64,000 bases of DNA from an uncultured Nitrososphaeraceae archaeon (GCA_963837175.1 CAWIMJ010000034.1:96001-160000), one strand, 5' to 3'. Counted from the stretch's first letter, positions 23,038-35,199 are shown. The notes: generated by a model from the sequence alone, not told the origin. Numbers and translations: made by a program.

Positions 23038-24399
23038 TTATCTCTCGCCTCGTTTAATGTGTGACCCCTTTTGTATCTCATTCAATACCTCCTCTATCAT
23101 TAGTTTTACATCTTCTTTGTCAGGATCTGTATCCATACGGCTTCTCATCTCATCCGACAATTTGATTTTGTCGGCAAGTGATAGCACCTTCTTTTCTATT
23201 TGTCGTTGGGTTTCTGCCATTCCTATCTTCTTCAAGACATCAGCATCAACTTCTAAGCCTCTATAGATCTCTCGTCGTAATTCAATATCTCTAGAAACAT
23301 ATGCTGCACATCCTAGCATTCCAACAAGAAGCATATATGATGATAGTCCTAGGAACAAAAGCGTGACAAGTCCAAATGGGGGATAAACCGCATAGAATGG
23401 CATTCCTGGTTGCATTGAACAAAATAATGAGACGATACCTATAGAAGAAATTATCAAATAGTTTTTCATGCTTTTTCGTTTCATTTTTCTTCCAATACTC
23501 AAGAAGGCAATAGCGAAAAATAACCCAGATACTTGATAGCTAATTCCGAAGATGACCTGGAATTGCTGGGAGTATATAATTTGAACTAGGGTAGGATCAG
23601 TTACTAAGTTTGTATCTCTTACGATAAATGAGAAAAGTTGGTAGAGTAATGGAATGCTAACTATTAGCCAGAATCTCTTCTTGCCAATTCTGTTTGCATA
23701 GGGTTTAAGTAACAAAACTGTGAGGATCCATGAAGGTATTATCATCATAGGTAAAACATAGTTTCCCAGTCCGTAAATGAATGCAATATCACGAGACGGA
23801 GTAATTACGGCCAAAATTAGAGATGTATAATCTCTAGGGTATATCAACTGGGACTGAATAGTAAACTGTTGTGTAAGCAATGGAATCGTGAGTAAAATTA
23901 GAAATAGAATCACACTGAAAACAACTCCATAAATTAGGATTGAAAATGATGTAGCAAATCTAAACCATTGTATGAATCTTAAAGATAGAATTCCAAGTAT
24001 AATAGCTGCCCAAAAATGACTGAGAAAAACTACTAATAATGAGAATATCTTGTTATATTCATGGAAAATAAGCATTTCTGAGATCGTGATAAACAATATG
24101 AGAGATATAGTGTACTGAACTATGGATGTACCAATATAAGCAACTCTAAACAACAATGGTCTACTAGTTGTCGAATAAATATCATTTCTTTTGGCGAATA
24201 GCAGCAATATGGTATTAATTATTGAAGCAATAATAACAAATGATGCAAACAATAACAAATGCAAATTGCCAGGAGTTCTTAAATCAGTTCCATATAAAAT
24301 GTTAATAAACTGGGAGTCCACTATAGTAACAACAACCATAAGTAAAATTAGTACAAGTGCCTGCTTGCTACCACTTAATGTACTAACTATAGAGAGCAT
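23038..24399 (-). CDS. Polytopic membrane protein (possible sensor-type)
   Basis: About 10 TM helices, YPPFGLVT motif, C-terminal coiled coil. Confidence 0.8.
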   Translation of the reverse strand: MLSIVSTLSGSKQALVLILLMVVVTIVDSQFINILYGTDLRTPGNLHLLLFASFVIIASIINTILLLFAKRNDIYSTTSRPLLFRVAYIGTSIVQYTISLILFITISEMLIFHEYNKIFSLLVVFLSHFWAAIILGILSLRFIQWFRFATSFSILIYGVVFSVILFLILLTIPLLTQQFTIQSQLIYPRDYTSLILAVITPSRDIAFIYGLGNYVLPMMIIPSWILTVLLLKPYANRIGKKRFWLIVSIPLLYQLFSFIVRDTNLVTDPTLVQIIYSQQFQVIFGISYQVSGLFFAIAFLSIGRKMKRKSMKNYLIISSIGIVSLFCSMQPGMPFYAVYPPFGLVTLLFLGLSSYMLLVGMLGCAAYVSRDIELRREIYRGLEVDADVLKKIGMAETQRQIEKKVLSLADKIKLSDEMRSRMDTDPDKEDVKLMIEEVLNEIQKGSHIKRGER

Positions 24400-24889
24400 A
24401 ATCTTGGGTCACACTCTATATACTATGAATGTAGCGGAAGATAACTTCCCTAACAGCTGCAAATAAAGTATCTATAGGAGGCAATGTATATAAATCGTTA
24501 GATCATAAAATTCAGTCAGAATTTCAGGAATTATTAATGTCTGGTAATGAATGGAAGTATGCTAACCATGAGACTGATAAGCCTTACAAAGTTTACACTC
24601 AAGTAAAACTTTTTTGATTTCATTATGCTTGATTGCTTGATTTAAATCTCAAATAAGTATATATATACATATATATATCTATATGTGAAACGAAATATAT
24701 AGAAACCCTCTTAATCAGGCTTACATGTTTTTCAAATTGTTAGTGATTTATGTCATATCTCCATTAGAACTTGGGAGAAGGACGCTAGTAGACGTATTAT
24801 TAGAAAGATATCTAATGGAGTTTATCATCAAATTTTAGAAACTTTTTCATAACTATAACCTTTTTTGTTGTTTTATTATGTTTTATAAT

Positions 24890-25402
24890 TTACTTATTTG
24901 TAGACAGGTGAGCTCTTAGCATCCACGCTATTTTTTCATGCTTTTCCATTATGCCAATTAGAAAATCATTTGTTCCCATATCATGATATTCATCTTCGCA
25001 TCTATCTGCGTCTCTCCGGAGACTTCTGATTATCACCTCATGGTCAGATAATAGATTCGAAATCATTTTGAGATCATTAGGATAATCACCAGGAAATTCC
25101 TTTAGTCTGCCATGTTCTACAAACTCAGAAAGGGTACCTAAAGACATACCATTAAGCTGACGCACACGCTCTGCTACCTCATCTATAATTTCAAGCGCTT
25201 CATATTGTTCTTGGAAGAATTTATTCTTCTCACTAAAATCCTATTCAACAATATTCCAATCATAGCTTCTAATTTCGGTAAAAAGGATGTATTCGTCACA
25301 TAGTGTATTGTTAAGAATTTGTACGACTCCATGACAAGCTTCCTTTGGAAGTCCAATATCAATATCAATAGCACTTTTGCTTTCTCTTATTAATTGAGTC
25401 AT
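24890..25402 (-). pseudogene. dps: Dps ferritin-like protein, degraded
   Basis: IGL...ILNNTLCDEY...WNIV*...DEVAERVRQL...DMGTNDFL...HEKIAWML; in-frame stop, frameshift and loss of ferroxidase His residues. Confidence 0.85.
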
Positions 25403-25481
25403 GCAATAAAGTAATTGTAAATATGATGGTTATTTTGACCTAAACTATCTTTTTATATTTTATTGTGTAATTATTGTTCTC

Positions 25482-27022
25482 ATGATGAACCATAATAATG
25501 CAAGGTTCAACTTAGGATATGGTGTAATAACATTAGCGTTATTTGGACTAATACTATTATCAGTAATACCAATAATGTTTGGTAGTTCTTCTACTAAGAT
25601 TGTACAACCAGCACTGGGGCAAGGAGAAGATCCGTTCCCTGTATTTAGTAACGAGACATTAACTCCAGCTCAGCGCACCGCTCGCGAACAGCTTTTGAAA
25701 CAGGAAGGCTTCTCAGTCAATGTGATGGCGAGAAACCTCAGTGCGCCTTTCAATATTCTTTATGGTCCTGACGACACTCTCTGGATCACGGAGCGCACAG
25801 GAAAGAACATTACACGAATAGATCCGATCAATGGCACAAAGCTCAGCGAGCACACCTGTCCCCAAGGTTCACCAGTCCGCAGCTCAGGACGGCCTTTTAG
25901 GAATGACGTTTGACCCCAACTTCAATAACACGCGCCATATTTACGTTGCTTATACGTATGACGCGGCCCCCGGTGAGGAACTCGATCGCCGCACTAAAAT
26001 TACTCGATTCACGTACAGACCCGGCTACTAACACCATTAGCGAGCCCATGGACCTCATCAGCGGACTCTCGGGCAGCAGCGATCATAACTCTGGCCGCAT
26101 GACATTTGGCCCTGATGACAAGCTATACTATACTATAGGTGATCAGGGCAAAAACCAGCTCGCTTTGTTCTGTTTGAATGACCGGGCCGAGCATCTCCCA
26201 ACTGCGGAACAAGTTGCTGCCAAGAATTGGACCGAATATGAAGGTAAAGTACTCCGTATGAATCCGGATGGCTCCATCCCCGACGACAATCCAGAGATCA
26301 ACGGTGTCAAAAGCCACATCTATACATATGGTCACCGCAACGCGCAGGGAATAACTGTAGGTCTTAATGGAGATCTCTACGTAGCTGAGCATGGAGACAA
26401 TTCCGATGACGAAATTAATCGTCTCCAAGCGGGTGGAAACTATGGCTGGCCATACGTCGCAGGCTACAACGACAATAAAGCATATCAGTTCTATAACTGG
26501 TCTGCCGCAGAAAACTGTAAAGACCTGACGTATAATGATATTGCACCTGCACCTCCGGGTGTGCCTGTAAGAAATGAAAGTGAATTCAATGCATCAAACT
26601 TCGTACCTCCGCTCCACACGTTCTATACTGTCGAGAGTGAATATAACTTTACAAATCAAGCCAGGACATGTGGCGAGAGGGCCTCTGTCTGCTATCCAAC
26701 CGTCGCTCCTTCGAGTTTGCGTCTGTATACATCAAATGTTATTCCAGGCTGGGAGAACAACTTACTAATGACAACCCTGAAGGCAGGTAGGATCTTCCAA
26801 ATAGCGCTAAACGAGAATGGCACGGCACTTGCACACGAGCCCGTGGAACTTTTCCGCTCAGAGAACCGCTACCGTGACATCGCTTTTGGTCCGGACGGCC
26901 GTACTCTTTACGTGATTACTGACCCGATGGGTGTTGTGCAAGCCATGAAGGAAGACCCAATTACCCCGACCACTGCCCTGTGGAGTCCTGGCTCGCTGCT
27001 TGTGTTCAGGTATGAACGATAG
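25482..27022 (+). CDS. Secreted PQQ-dependent glucose/sorbosone dehydrogenase (GSDH), two frameshifts
   Basis: QDGLLGMTFDP, DHNSGRMTFGPDDKLY, GHRNAQG, GGNYGWP, RYRDI. Confidence 0.9.
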
Positions 27023-27134
27023 ATTGTCTAGGATAATTCTTCGTTCCAACTATCAAGTACAACAAAATCTATGAGAGCTTGAGTAGGTCTGAATATTGAT
27101 TCAATATCAATAATACAGCTTGAGCAAGAGGTTG

Positions 27135-27899
27135 TCAAGTAGTGTGGACAGGTGTTTCTCGAAATTCGCGAAAGTCTAATAAACCAAACTCATTTATGAA
27201 ATTATTTACAATTTGATTGTAACGCTGTACGTCTATATCTTTTTTCTTCCTTCTTAAGATGTTAATGTTATTAATCATTGTATTAAATCTGTCTAAATTC
27301 ATTGCTAATCCATAGTAATGGCGTACTCTTGCTAGGGTTGTCTCATAATGGCTCTTTATACCAGATGCAGTAGCGTCTGAAATTAAGATAATATCATACC
27401 CCAAATTAAAGGCATCTCTTATGGATGTTTCCACGCATATGGAAGTATCAATTCCACAGAATACTAAAACATTTATTCCAATGCTCTGTAACCACATTCT
27501 TAGTTCTGTATCCTGAAATGCTGAATCTCTTCGCTTTATGATTATATAATCGTCTTCTTTAGGTTTTATCTCATCAATTATTTGAGCGTCCCATGTTCCC
27601 CTTACAGTGATAGGTACCTTCAATCTTTCTTCTCTAGATTTAGGTAATAGAGTGTGAATTCTAGTCAAAAGATCTATCCCACTAGCTTCCCGAACTGCTT
27701 CAGTATAAAATACTGGGATATCTATCGATTTACAGAAATCAATAAGATCCTTCAACCTAGGAATAATCTCTCGATAAGGTGGCGTGTTCATTCCTAACCG
27801 ATCGTATGATCCCCGCTTAGCTACAAAACCGTTTTGCATATCAACAACAATAAGACCCATGCTAATTCTTCTAGCTTCATCGAGTTGTAATTCAAACAC
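27135..27899 (-). CDS. Isochorismatase-family cysteine hydrolase
   Basis: VVDMQNGF, KRRDSAF, GIDTSICVETSIRDA (D-K-C triad). Confidence 0.9.
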   Translation of the reverse strand: MFELQLDEARRISMGLIVVDMQNGFVAKRGSYDRLGMNTPPYREIIPRLKDLIDFCKSIDIPVFYTEAVREASGIDLLTRIHTLLPKSREERLKVPITVRGTWDAQIIDEIKPKEDDYIIIKRRDSAFQDTELRMWLQSIGINVLVFCGIDTSICVETSIRDAFNLGYDIILISDATASGIKSHYETTLARVRHYYGLAMNLDRFNTMINNINILRRKKKDIDVQRYNQIVNNFINEFGLLDFREFRETPVHTT

Positions 27900-28144
27900 G
27901 CTGCTTGATATTCATAGTGAAATAAATAAACATGTCTAACCTGTTGCTCTTGCAATAAATAATATTCCCATACTGGTCTTAGAATTACAGTTCTACCCAA
28001 CTGGTCTTTGACTATGTTGAAATAGTCAATTTCAATGGTCTTTGTTCCAATGGGCATTGGAGCATTGGTCAACATGAATGGGCGTCAAATTTTTCATCTA
28101 TCATTATCTTGTTGCATAGATCACATCTAAAAACATATTATTAC

Positions 28145-28344
28145 CGTTTAAGTTAAAAGAAAGATCATCACCTTATTGAAAGGGCTATAGAGTACGTAAA
28201 GATAGAACAGAAAATTTTGACGATTATTATCCTTGCAGAAATGAAAGAAGGTGTAAATTAATACACATTTTAAATTGGTTTAGAATGTTTATTGGTATGT
28301 ATAATAGAACTATTATCTGCTCTGTTGTTAGGTGAACACAGCCT
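28145..28344 (+). mobile_element. IS6 3' remnant with right TIR
   Basis: KDRTENFDDYYPC; ends GTTAGGTGAACACAGCC. Confidence 0.75.
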
Positions 28345-28441
28345 AAATAACCATTCAAAATCAGATACATCCAGAGGGATTTGGGCTTTGCTCGTAGGCG
28401 GGTTCATTCTATTCGGTTATTTTTGCATATTTTAGCAGCTT

Positions 28442-28870
28442 CTATCTGACTAGCATTACCGAAGATTTTGCATGATGTAGGACTTTATTTGATACACTAC
28501 CAATTATCAATTCCTTAAATTTACCCATACCACGGCTACCCATTATTATAAGATCAAATTTTCCCATATCACTATATCCAATAATTTTGGAAGCAGGATC
28601 GCCTTCTACAAGAACAGTATGAATATTAATTCCACTCCTATTAGCCATTTCTTTACATCTTTCAAGTATTTTGGTATATTCTCTTTCATAATCTGCTCGG
28701 AGTTTTTCGATAATCTTTGGTGAATAAATATAAACAGTAGGTGGATGCTCTATTATATACAAGACTGTAATTTGTGCTTCTTGGATTTTTGTTGCTAAAA
28801 AAATAGCCTCTTCTAATGCTCTAAATGAGTTTGCTGAACCATCTATTGGAACCAATATCTTTGAAAGCAT
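28442..28870 (-). CDS. Universal stress protein (UspA family)
   Basis: KILVPIDGS...GDPA...IIMGSRG...IGSVSNKV. Confidence 0.95.
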   Translation of the reverse strand: MLSKILVPIDGSANSFRALEEAIFLATKIQEAQITVLYIIEHPPTVYIYSPKIIEKLRADYEREYTKILERCKEMANRSGINIHTVLVEGDPASKIIGYSDMGKFDLIIMGSRGMGKFKELIIGSVSNKVLHHAKSSVMLVR

Positions 28871-29073
28871 AGTTAATTATTTTATTTTGTAATATAATTA
28901 ATTCTTTGTTATAATCATGAGCATTTTATAACCAAAGAGAATTACGCTAAATGGTACATAGCCAATCGTCTAGTTACATTGCACGGATACTAAGGATTTC
29001 CTACAACATTTGCACATTAGACAGTATCTATCTCCTTTGTGTACCATTATCAAAGGTAAGTTTAGTTATACTA

Positions 29074-29185
29074 TACTGCCTAACATAATTTCGTATATCT
29101 TTTAAAAGCAAGAAAATGGCTTTTTTAAGCATAGTAAACCTCACATATTAAGAAAAATATGTAAACGAACTTTTGTTAGTTAGTA
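29074..29185 (-). mobile_element. 112-bp MITE, copy 2 (inverted)
   Basis: Reverse complement of 14009-14120; TA flanks. Confidence 0.9.
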
Positions 29186-29607
29186 TAGTACCCCATCCTA
29201 CATCCCAATCATGTGTATCAGGTAATCCAACATTAAATACTGTTCCATATTCAATAAAAGATGTCGACCAATGCAATTTTTCCACTGGTTATGTTCACTG
29301 CAATTACGCTGTTTGTACAATAATTTGGTGTCAATCTACTATTTGTATTAAAATCAGGTGGATAGCAAAAGAAATAGTATCTCTTGCATAAAAAGGATGT
29401 TTGGAGAAAACATATTGGCTAGAAAATATAGTATATGGCCAAGGAAGTGCTATTGAAAGTGTCATTGTATAACATGTTGCTGGTATGAAATGACTGAAAA
29501 ACATTATTGGTATCATCTACAGGGATATCATCCATACAACAAAGCATACTACCATATGGTTGAGTAAGATATCTGGTCAGGATGTTTATACATGAAAAAC
29601 GCAGGCC

Positions 29608-29860
29608 AATCAAACCAAATCCTCCAATAACAGTTAATACTAGATACATTATTCCAAGTTTTCTATTAAGACTCTTTTTGATAATGCTTGGTATTATGGA
29701 GTAGATTAAACCCAAACCAAAAAGAACGCTTCCCATAAGTATCACCAAGTGTATATGTCCTACCACATTCAATGTATTGTGTAAATATACATTGGTACCC
29801 TACCTACCAGTTTGTATGCCAGCAAAACCTCCAAATGCCCATCCCGCAATCCCAGCCAGT
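29608..29860 (-). pseudogene. Heme-copper oxidase subunit I fragment (about TM IX-XI)
   Basis: LAGIAGWAFGGFAGIQTGR*GTNVYLHNTLNVVGHIHLVILMG; H-x-H heme ligands in an H(D/N)T...GH.H context. Confidence 0.7.
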
Positions 29861-29964
29861 CATAATAGTAAGACCTGTCTTTTGATTTCGATATTGATAT
29901 TTATTTCTGACCTGACATTCTAAAGGTGATTTTCATGCAAAAGGAGATTTTGATGTAATAGCAT

Positions 29965-31395
29965 ATGAATTACAAATGGACCGCATTAAGCAATACAATC
30001 ATTGGAACATTAATGGCAGCACTTGATAGAAATATAATTCTTATAGCATTACCTGCAATTGCATTAGATCTTCATACTTCATTTTTGACACTTATATGGA
30101 TAGTTCTTGTATATTGGCTTGTCACAGCAGCTGTACTTCTAAATTTTGGAAGACTTTCAGATATGTTTGGTAGAGTCAAATTATACAACATGGGGTTTGC
30201 ACTCTTTACAATAGGGTCGGGGTTGTGTAGCATATCTCAAACCGGAGAGCAGTTGATATTATTTAGAATAATTCAAGCTCTTGGAGCGGCATTCCTTTTT
30301 TCTAACAGTGCTGCAATAATCACCGATACATTCCCGGAAAATGAAAGAGCTAGAGCACTAGGATTAAATCAAACAGCTATTGTCATTGGCTCTGTAATAG
30401 GACTTGTGTTTGGAGGTTTTCTGACATCATATTTAGGATGGAGATCGATCTTCTGGGTTAATGTCCCCATAGGCACATTTGCTACAATTTGGTCTTACGC
30501 CAAATTAAGAGAACTAGGTGTTATAAGAAAAGAGAAGATCGATTGGCTGGGAAATATTACATTCGCAGGAGGATTGTCTATGATCTTAATCGGTGTAACT
30601 TTAGCCAATTTTAGAATTGTGACTCCAATTGAAATTTTTCTGTCAATAATAGGCGGCTTGTCGTTACTGCTGTTGTTTATCATCATAGAGAAAAGAACAC
30701 CTAAACCAATGTTTGATTTATCTTTATTTAAAATTCAGTCTTTCACAGGTGGAAATATTGCTATATTTCTTAACGCTCTTGCAAGAGGAGCCTTCATACT
30801 GATTATGTCATTTTATCTTCAGGGACCGTCAATGAGACTGAATTCGCTTGAGGCAGGTATTTATCTAATTCCAGTTTCTGCCGCTCTGGCAGTGTTTGCA
30901 CCAGTAAGCGGATGGTTATATGATAAATTTAAACTAAGAATTTTTGCATCAATAGGTTTATTGGTATCAGCAGTGGGGTTCTTTATTCTTACAAGAATAG
31001 AGGTAACAACATCTTTTTATGAAATTATAATTCCACTTGCTATGATAGGTGGCGGTATGGGTATATTTGCCTCACCAAATAGAGCGTCAATAATGACTTC
31101 TGTGCCTTCTTCTAGAAGAGGCGTGTCAGCAGGTATTAGTACTACATTTATTATGATGGGGAACTCCTTTAGTATTGGGCTAGTATTTCTAATAATGACC
31201 AACGTTATTCCACTGCACGCTGCTGAGCAGTTATTTTCAGGTTCATTTCAAGCATCAACATCTTCCATAGCCATTACCAGTTCCATAGTTAGTAAATTTT
31301 TAAGCTCGATTCATTTTGCCTTCTTTGTCTCAGCAGTTATTATGCTTATTTCAATTATTCCCTCACTAGTAATCAAATTGAATGGAAAGATGTAG
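29965..31395 (+). CDS. MFS transporter, DHA2 (EmrB/QacA-type)
   Basis: 14-TM pattern, GRLSDMFGRVK motif A, WRSIFWVNVPIG. Confidence 0.92.
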   Translation: MNYKWTALSNTIIGTLMAALDRNIILIALPAIALDLHTSFLTLIWIVLVYWLVTAAVLLNFGRLSDMFGRVKLYNMGFALFTIGSGLCSISQTGEQLILFRIIQALGAAFLFSNSAAIITDTFPENERARALGLNQTAIVIGSVIGLVFGGFLTSYLGWRSIFWVNVPIGTFATIWSYAKLRELGVIRKEKIDWLGNITFAGGLSMILIGVTLANFRIVTPIEIFLSIIGGLSLLLLFIIIEKRTPKPMFDLSLFKIQSFTGGNIAIFLNALARGAFILIMSFYLQGPSMRLNSLEAGIYLIPVSAALAVFAPVSGWLYDKFKLRIFASIGLLVSAVGFFILTRIEVTTSFYEIIIPLAMIGGGMGIFASPNRASIMTSVPSSRRGVSAGISTTFIMMGNSFSIGLVFLIMTNVIPLHAAEQLFSGSFQASTSSIAITSSIVSKFLSSIHFAFFVSAVIMLISIIPSLVIKLNGKM

Positions 31396-31556
31396 CAGTA
31401 GACCGAATAGTAAATAGAAACTGCATTTACTACACAAAACAGGCCTAAATAAATTCAAATGTTACTAAAGGGATAACTGAAAGGACTGATGCTAAAAACA
31501 AAAGAACAAAAATCTTTCTACTATTAGAGCTATTTAAAATTTTTTTGTTAACAATC

Positions 31557-32244
31557 CGCTCTGTTCACTTAACACTAAACCTATAGCTAAAGATGTTTCA
31601 CTTCTTTATTATATGGTCATATTCAAAAGAAGCAGAACACCTTCAAAATATGTTTATTACGCATTACACTTATACTTTTCAGGTCTATCACTTCGAAAAG
31701 CATCACAACATTTATCTCCATTTATTAAAAGAAATCATGTTTCCATATGGAATTGGATTCAGCGGTACAGACCAGAAAAAATATTTCAAAAGAAGCGAAT
31801 TAGAGTATCTGAATTCATTGTAGACGAAACTTTAGTTAAAGCAGGTAATGAATACATATGGCTATGGATTGCAATTGAACCAATAGATAAGATAATCCTT
31901 GGTATTCGTATTTCAATAGAAAGAAACATGCTTGTTGCAGAACAATTCCTTCAAAATTTAATTAGAAAATATGGAAAACATAGGATATCGACCGATGGTG
32001 GTACTTGGTATCCTCAAGCATGCAGATTCTTGAAGATAAAACATCATCTTCATTCTTCATATGAGAAAAGTGTTATCGAAAGGACAATTCAGTACATAAA
32101 GGATAGAACTGAATGTTTTGATGATTATTTTCCATGTATGAAACAAAAATGCAAGTTACAACATATAATGAATTGGTTTCATCTGTTCGTTAATATGCAT
32201 AACAAGGAGATTGAAAAAAAGGTGGTAGTTAAGTGAACAGAGCG
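31557..32244 (+). mobile_element. Intact IS6-family element (transposase 31613-32236)
   Basis: Perfect 17-bp TIR CGCTCTGTTCACTTAAC; 8-bp TSD TAACAATC; DET, TDGG and ERT DDE motifs. Confidence 0.97.
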
Positions 32245-32452
32245 TAACAATCATATATTTTCTACGCGTCTTTAACTTCACAATTGTATATAAGGGTTCT
32301 TATAGACAACAATTCATTATAGATGATTTCACCTATACTATTATTATTTAGGTCCTAGTTCTAATTTCTGATCTCTTTAACTGTAATATATGGTTCTCCA
32401 AAATATCCCGTAAAAGAAGGCAAATATATTAAAGGTTTTCATACTTTACAAG

Positions 32453-32570
32453 GCTCTGTTAACTTAACAATAAATCTATAGTTTTAGATACTCTTTATTT
32501 CTTGTATTGATGATACTTACCAAACGAAATAGAACGTCTGCAAATGACATTGGATATGGTTTATATCTAT
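32453..32570 (+). mobile_element. IS6 left-end remnant
   Basis: GGCTCTGTTAACTTAAC TIR followed by KRNRTS...YGLYLY start of a transposase; another lone TIR at about 33762. Confidence 0.65.
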
Positions 32571-32640
32571 ATAAAAATTCACTTAAGCATGATTTGTATT
32601 CTATTAAATTGTAAGTATTGATTATACAATAGTTGATCTT

Positions 32641-33675
32641 TTAGTTGTTATTTCTTAATACAATTTTATTTTTGTTTACTATAAGAATTACTCCAACAAT
32701 TATGACTATTGTTGCAACAATTATTCTAATATTAATATTTTCATCAAGTATTATCCATCCTAAAAAAACTGCTATAACTGGACTTACATACGCAAAGGTA
32801 TTAGCCAAGGTGGCAGTAGTGTTTCTTAGAATCCAAAAGAACCCTAACCATCCCATAGTTCCTACTATTATAAGATATAAGAGAGAAAGTATAGACGAAG
32901 TAGAAAATCTTGATACATCCAACGTATTAAATTCAATAATCATTCCAATACCAAGTAAGAATAATCCACCTACAAATAACATCATTCCAGTTGAAATTAA
33001 AATATTATTTGGTAAATCTGCTCTGTGAGAATATAATGAACCAATAGCCCAACTAATTGCAGCTATCAACAAAATAGATATACCAAGAAAGTTATTTTTA
33101 TTATTAGTATTAGTAGAGGAGTTAGTTTGAGCTCCAAACAACATATCTTCAAATGATGGATATATGAGTATAACAAGTCCTATTGATCCTGCTATTATTC
33201 CTAAAAGAGTATATTTATTTAATTTTAAATGATAATAAAACTTACCAATCAATAATACCCATATAGGAACAGTAGAGAACAATAATGCAGTAATATCAGA
33301 AGAAAGATATTGTTCACCATATGCTAATAATCCTTGTCCAGCAACTATCAGACTAATTCCAATTATTATTGCATCTTTCCATTGTTTTCTTCTTGAACTT
33401 ATTGTTTGTAATAGATTTGGATTCTTATTCTCTTTTTGTTGTTGTTGTTTTTTTGATGTCTGGATTTTTTCTGTTTTCTGTTTTCTTTTCTTATTATCAA
33501 ATCTTTCAAGTGAATATATTTTAAATATAAAAAATAGCATTAAACCTGAAATTGTGTATCGAATTCCTGACATTAGCAAAGGAGGAATTGTATCAATTGA
33601 AATTTTTATTGCAAGATATGTAGATGCTATAATAATCCATGTAAATATTAGTATTAGCCATATCTTGTGATCCAA
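32641..33675 (-). CDS. EamA/DMT-family transporter
   Basis: 10 TM; STYLAIK...PPLLMSGIR; FAYVSPVIAVFLGW. Confidence 0.92.
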   Translation of the reverse strand: MDHKIWLILIFTWIIIASTYLAIKISIDTIPPLLMSGIRYTISGLMLFFIFKIYSLERFDNKKRKQKTEKIQTSKKQQQQKENKNPNLLQTISSRRKQWKDAIIIGISLIVAGQGLLAYGEQYLSSDITALLFSTVPIWVLLIGKFYYHLKLNKYTLLGIIAGSIGLVILIYPSFEDMLFGAQTNSSTNTNNKNNFLGISILLIAAISWAIGSLYSHRADLPNNILISTGMMLFVGGLFLLGIGMIIEFNTLDVSRFSTSSILSLLYLIIVGTMGWLGFFWILRNTTATLANTFAYVSPVIAVFLGWIILDENINIRIIVATIVIIVGVILIVNKNKIVLRNNN

Positions 33676-33819
33676 TTAAATATAAAAATAGATATAGCAG
33701 GAGAACTCTGTAAACTTATCGGTTGATTCATCTTTTTCTAACTGTAATATTAGATATATTAGTGCTGTTAACTTAAGAAAAATCTATAGCTGTGAACGTT
33801 CTATTCTAACATAGATAGG

Positions 33820-34155
33820 TCTTGGTATTATAGTTATTATATTGTCGATTATAGTTCTGTCATTCCCAGTAGGAACAGCTGCGTTTTTGATAATCTTACT
33901 TACAATTGCTTTACTAATTGATGGTATTGCAAGAGTAATTCATGGTATTGCAGACAAGACAGGCCGTAGTTGGTCAAGGATGTTCAGAATTCGGCAGGTG
34001 TAATAGCTATTGTATTGGCTCTAGTGATAATCGCATCTCCTGTTATAGGAGCAGCGCTTGTAGGCATATTACTAGGAATAGCTCTGTTAATAATAGGCAT
34101 CGAAATCATAGCAAGAGGTATAGCTGGGAGAAAAATATCATTAACACAATATTAA
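33820..34155 (+). pseudogene. HdeD/DUF308 membrane protein 3' fragment
   Basis: ALLIDGIARVIHG...GIALLIIGIEIIARGIAG across a frameshift. Confidence 0.6.
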
Positions 34156-34288
34156 GTGGACAGAGACATTCCAATTTTCCTAATTCATTATGATTGTTAT
34201 CATCAAATTTTATTTTTCAAAAAGACCGCTAATTTCTTAAGAAAAATTTTCACAAAAGTTAAAGAAAAACCCTAGCTTATGCCAGATT

Positions 34289-34825
34289 GTGAGAAAGAAC
34301 ACAGTAATGTGGTTATCCATTCCATCACTCATGTTACTAATGACAGTAATTACGGTAATGACATTTCTCCCGATATTGCATATAGATGCTCAAGGGAATA
34401 CAAATACCCCAGCTCCACCCATGACTGCTGCAGAGGCATTAGCTGATACAATAAATTCTATTGCTTTATTAGTAGGAGTAGTTGCACCTCTAATTGTGTC
34501 AGGGCTTGCTTATGTGAAGTCTAAGTCCCAAGACCCACATATCAATAAAGCATTAGAGGATGCAAAGAATGTGGGTCTGACAGCCACAGCAATGGCAAAC
34601 AAGGTCCTAGAAAATAAGCAAAACATTAAGGCTTTCATAGAAACTGGACTCGAGGCTGCTCCTGAAAATATACAAAAAACAATAGAACAAAGAAAGGCAT
34701 TGATTGACAAACTCGATAAAGAAATTCAGGCGACTAACGCGCAAATAAATCGATTAGTGCCACTGATTCCAGGAGAAGCAAATGCTGACACAATTCCAGA
34801 TTTGCCGAGAGAGAAGGATTTTTAA
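34289..34825 (+). CDS. Membrane-anchored coiled-coil hypothetical protein
   Basis: Signal peptide, second TM helix, long heptad-rich C-terminus. Confidence 0.7.
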   Translation: MRKNTVMWLSIPSLMLLMTVITVMTFLPILHIDAQGNTNTPAPPMTAAEALADTINSIALLVGVVAPLIVSGLAYVKSKSQDPHINKALEDAKNVGLTATAMANKVLENKQNIKAFIETGLEAAPENIQKTIEQRKALIDKLDKEIQATNAQINRLVPLIPGEANADTIPDLPREKDF

Positions 34826-35199
34826 AACTTTCTGGAGATCCGCATGCACCAATTAGAATAGGTTGATTATCTTAGGGCAATAATTGTTGTTGATTTTGGT
34901 TTATGGATATATGGAAAGATAATGAGTAGAATGGTAAATAGTTTTTGATAAAGATGTAATATCAAGGTCATAAGCAGTGATTCGGTACAGGGCATTATTG
35001 TTGCAACCATACTTTGAAAGAAGCCTAAGATAATGAAATACCTCAATAAATCTTATTAATCAGATAAGGTTATACTATTTTTAATTGAACCACTATTCTG
35101 ATAATATTCCATTAGACCAAAGAAAATATATTGAATCCATCACCAGTGGAACTGCAACAAACTCAAGAACAATCTGTAAGGATTGTGATCAGGGAAGAC

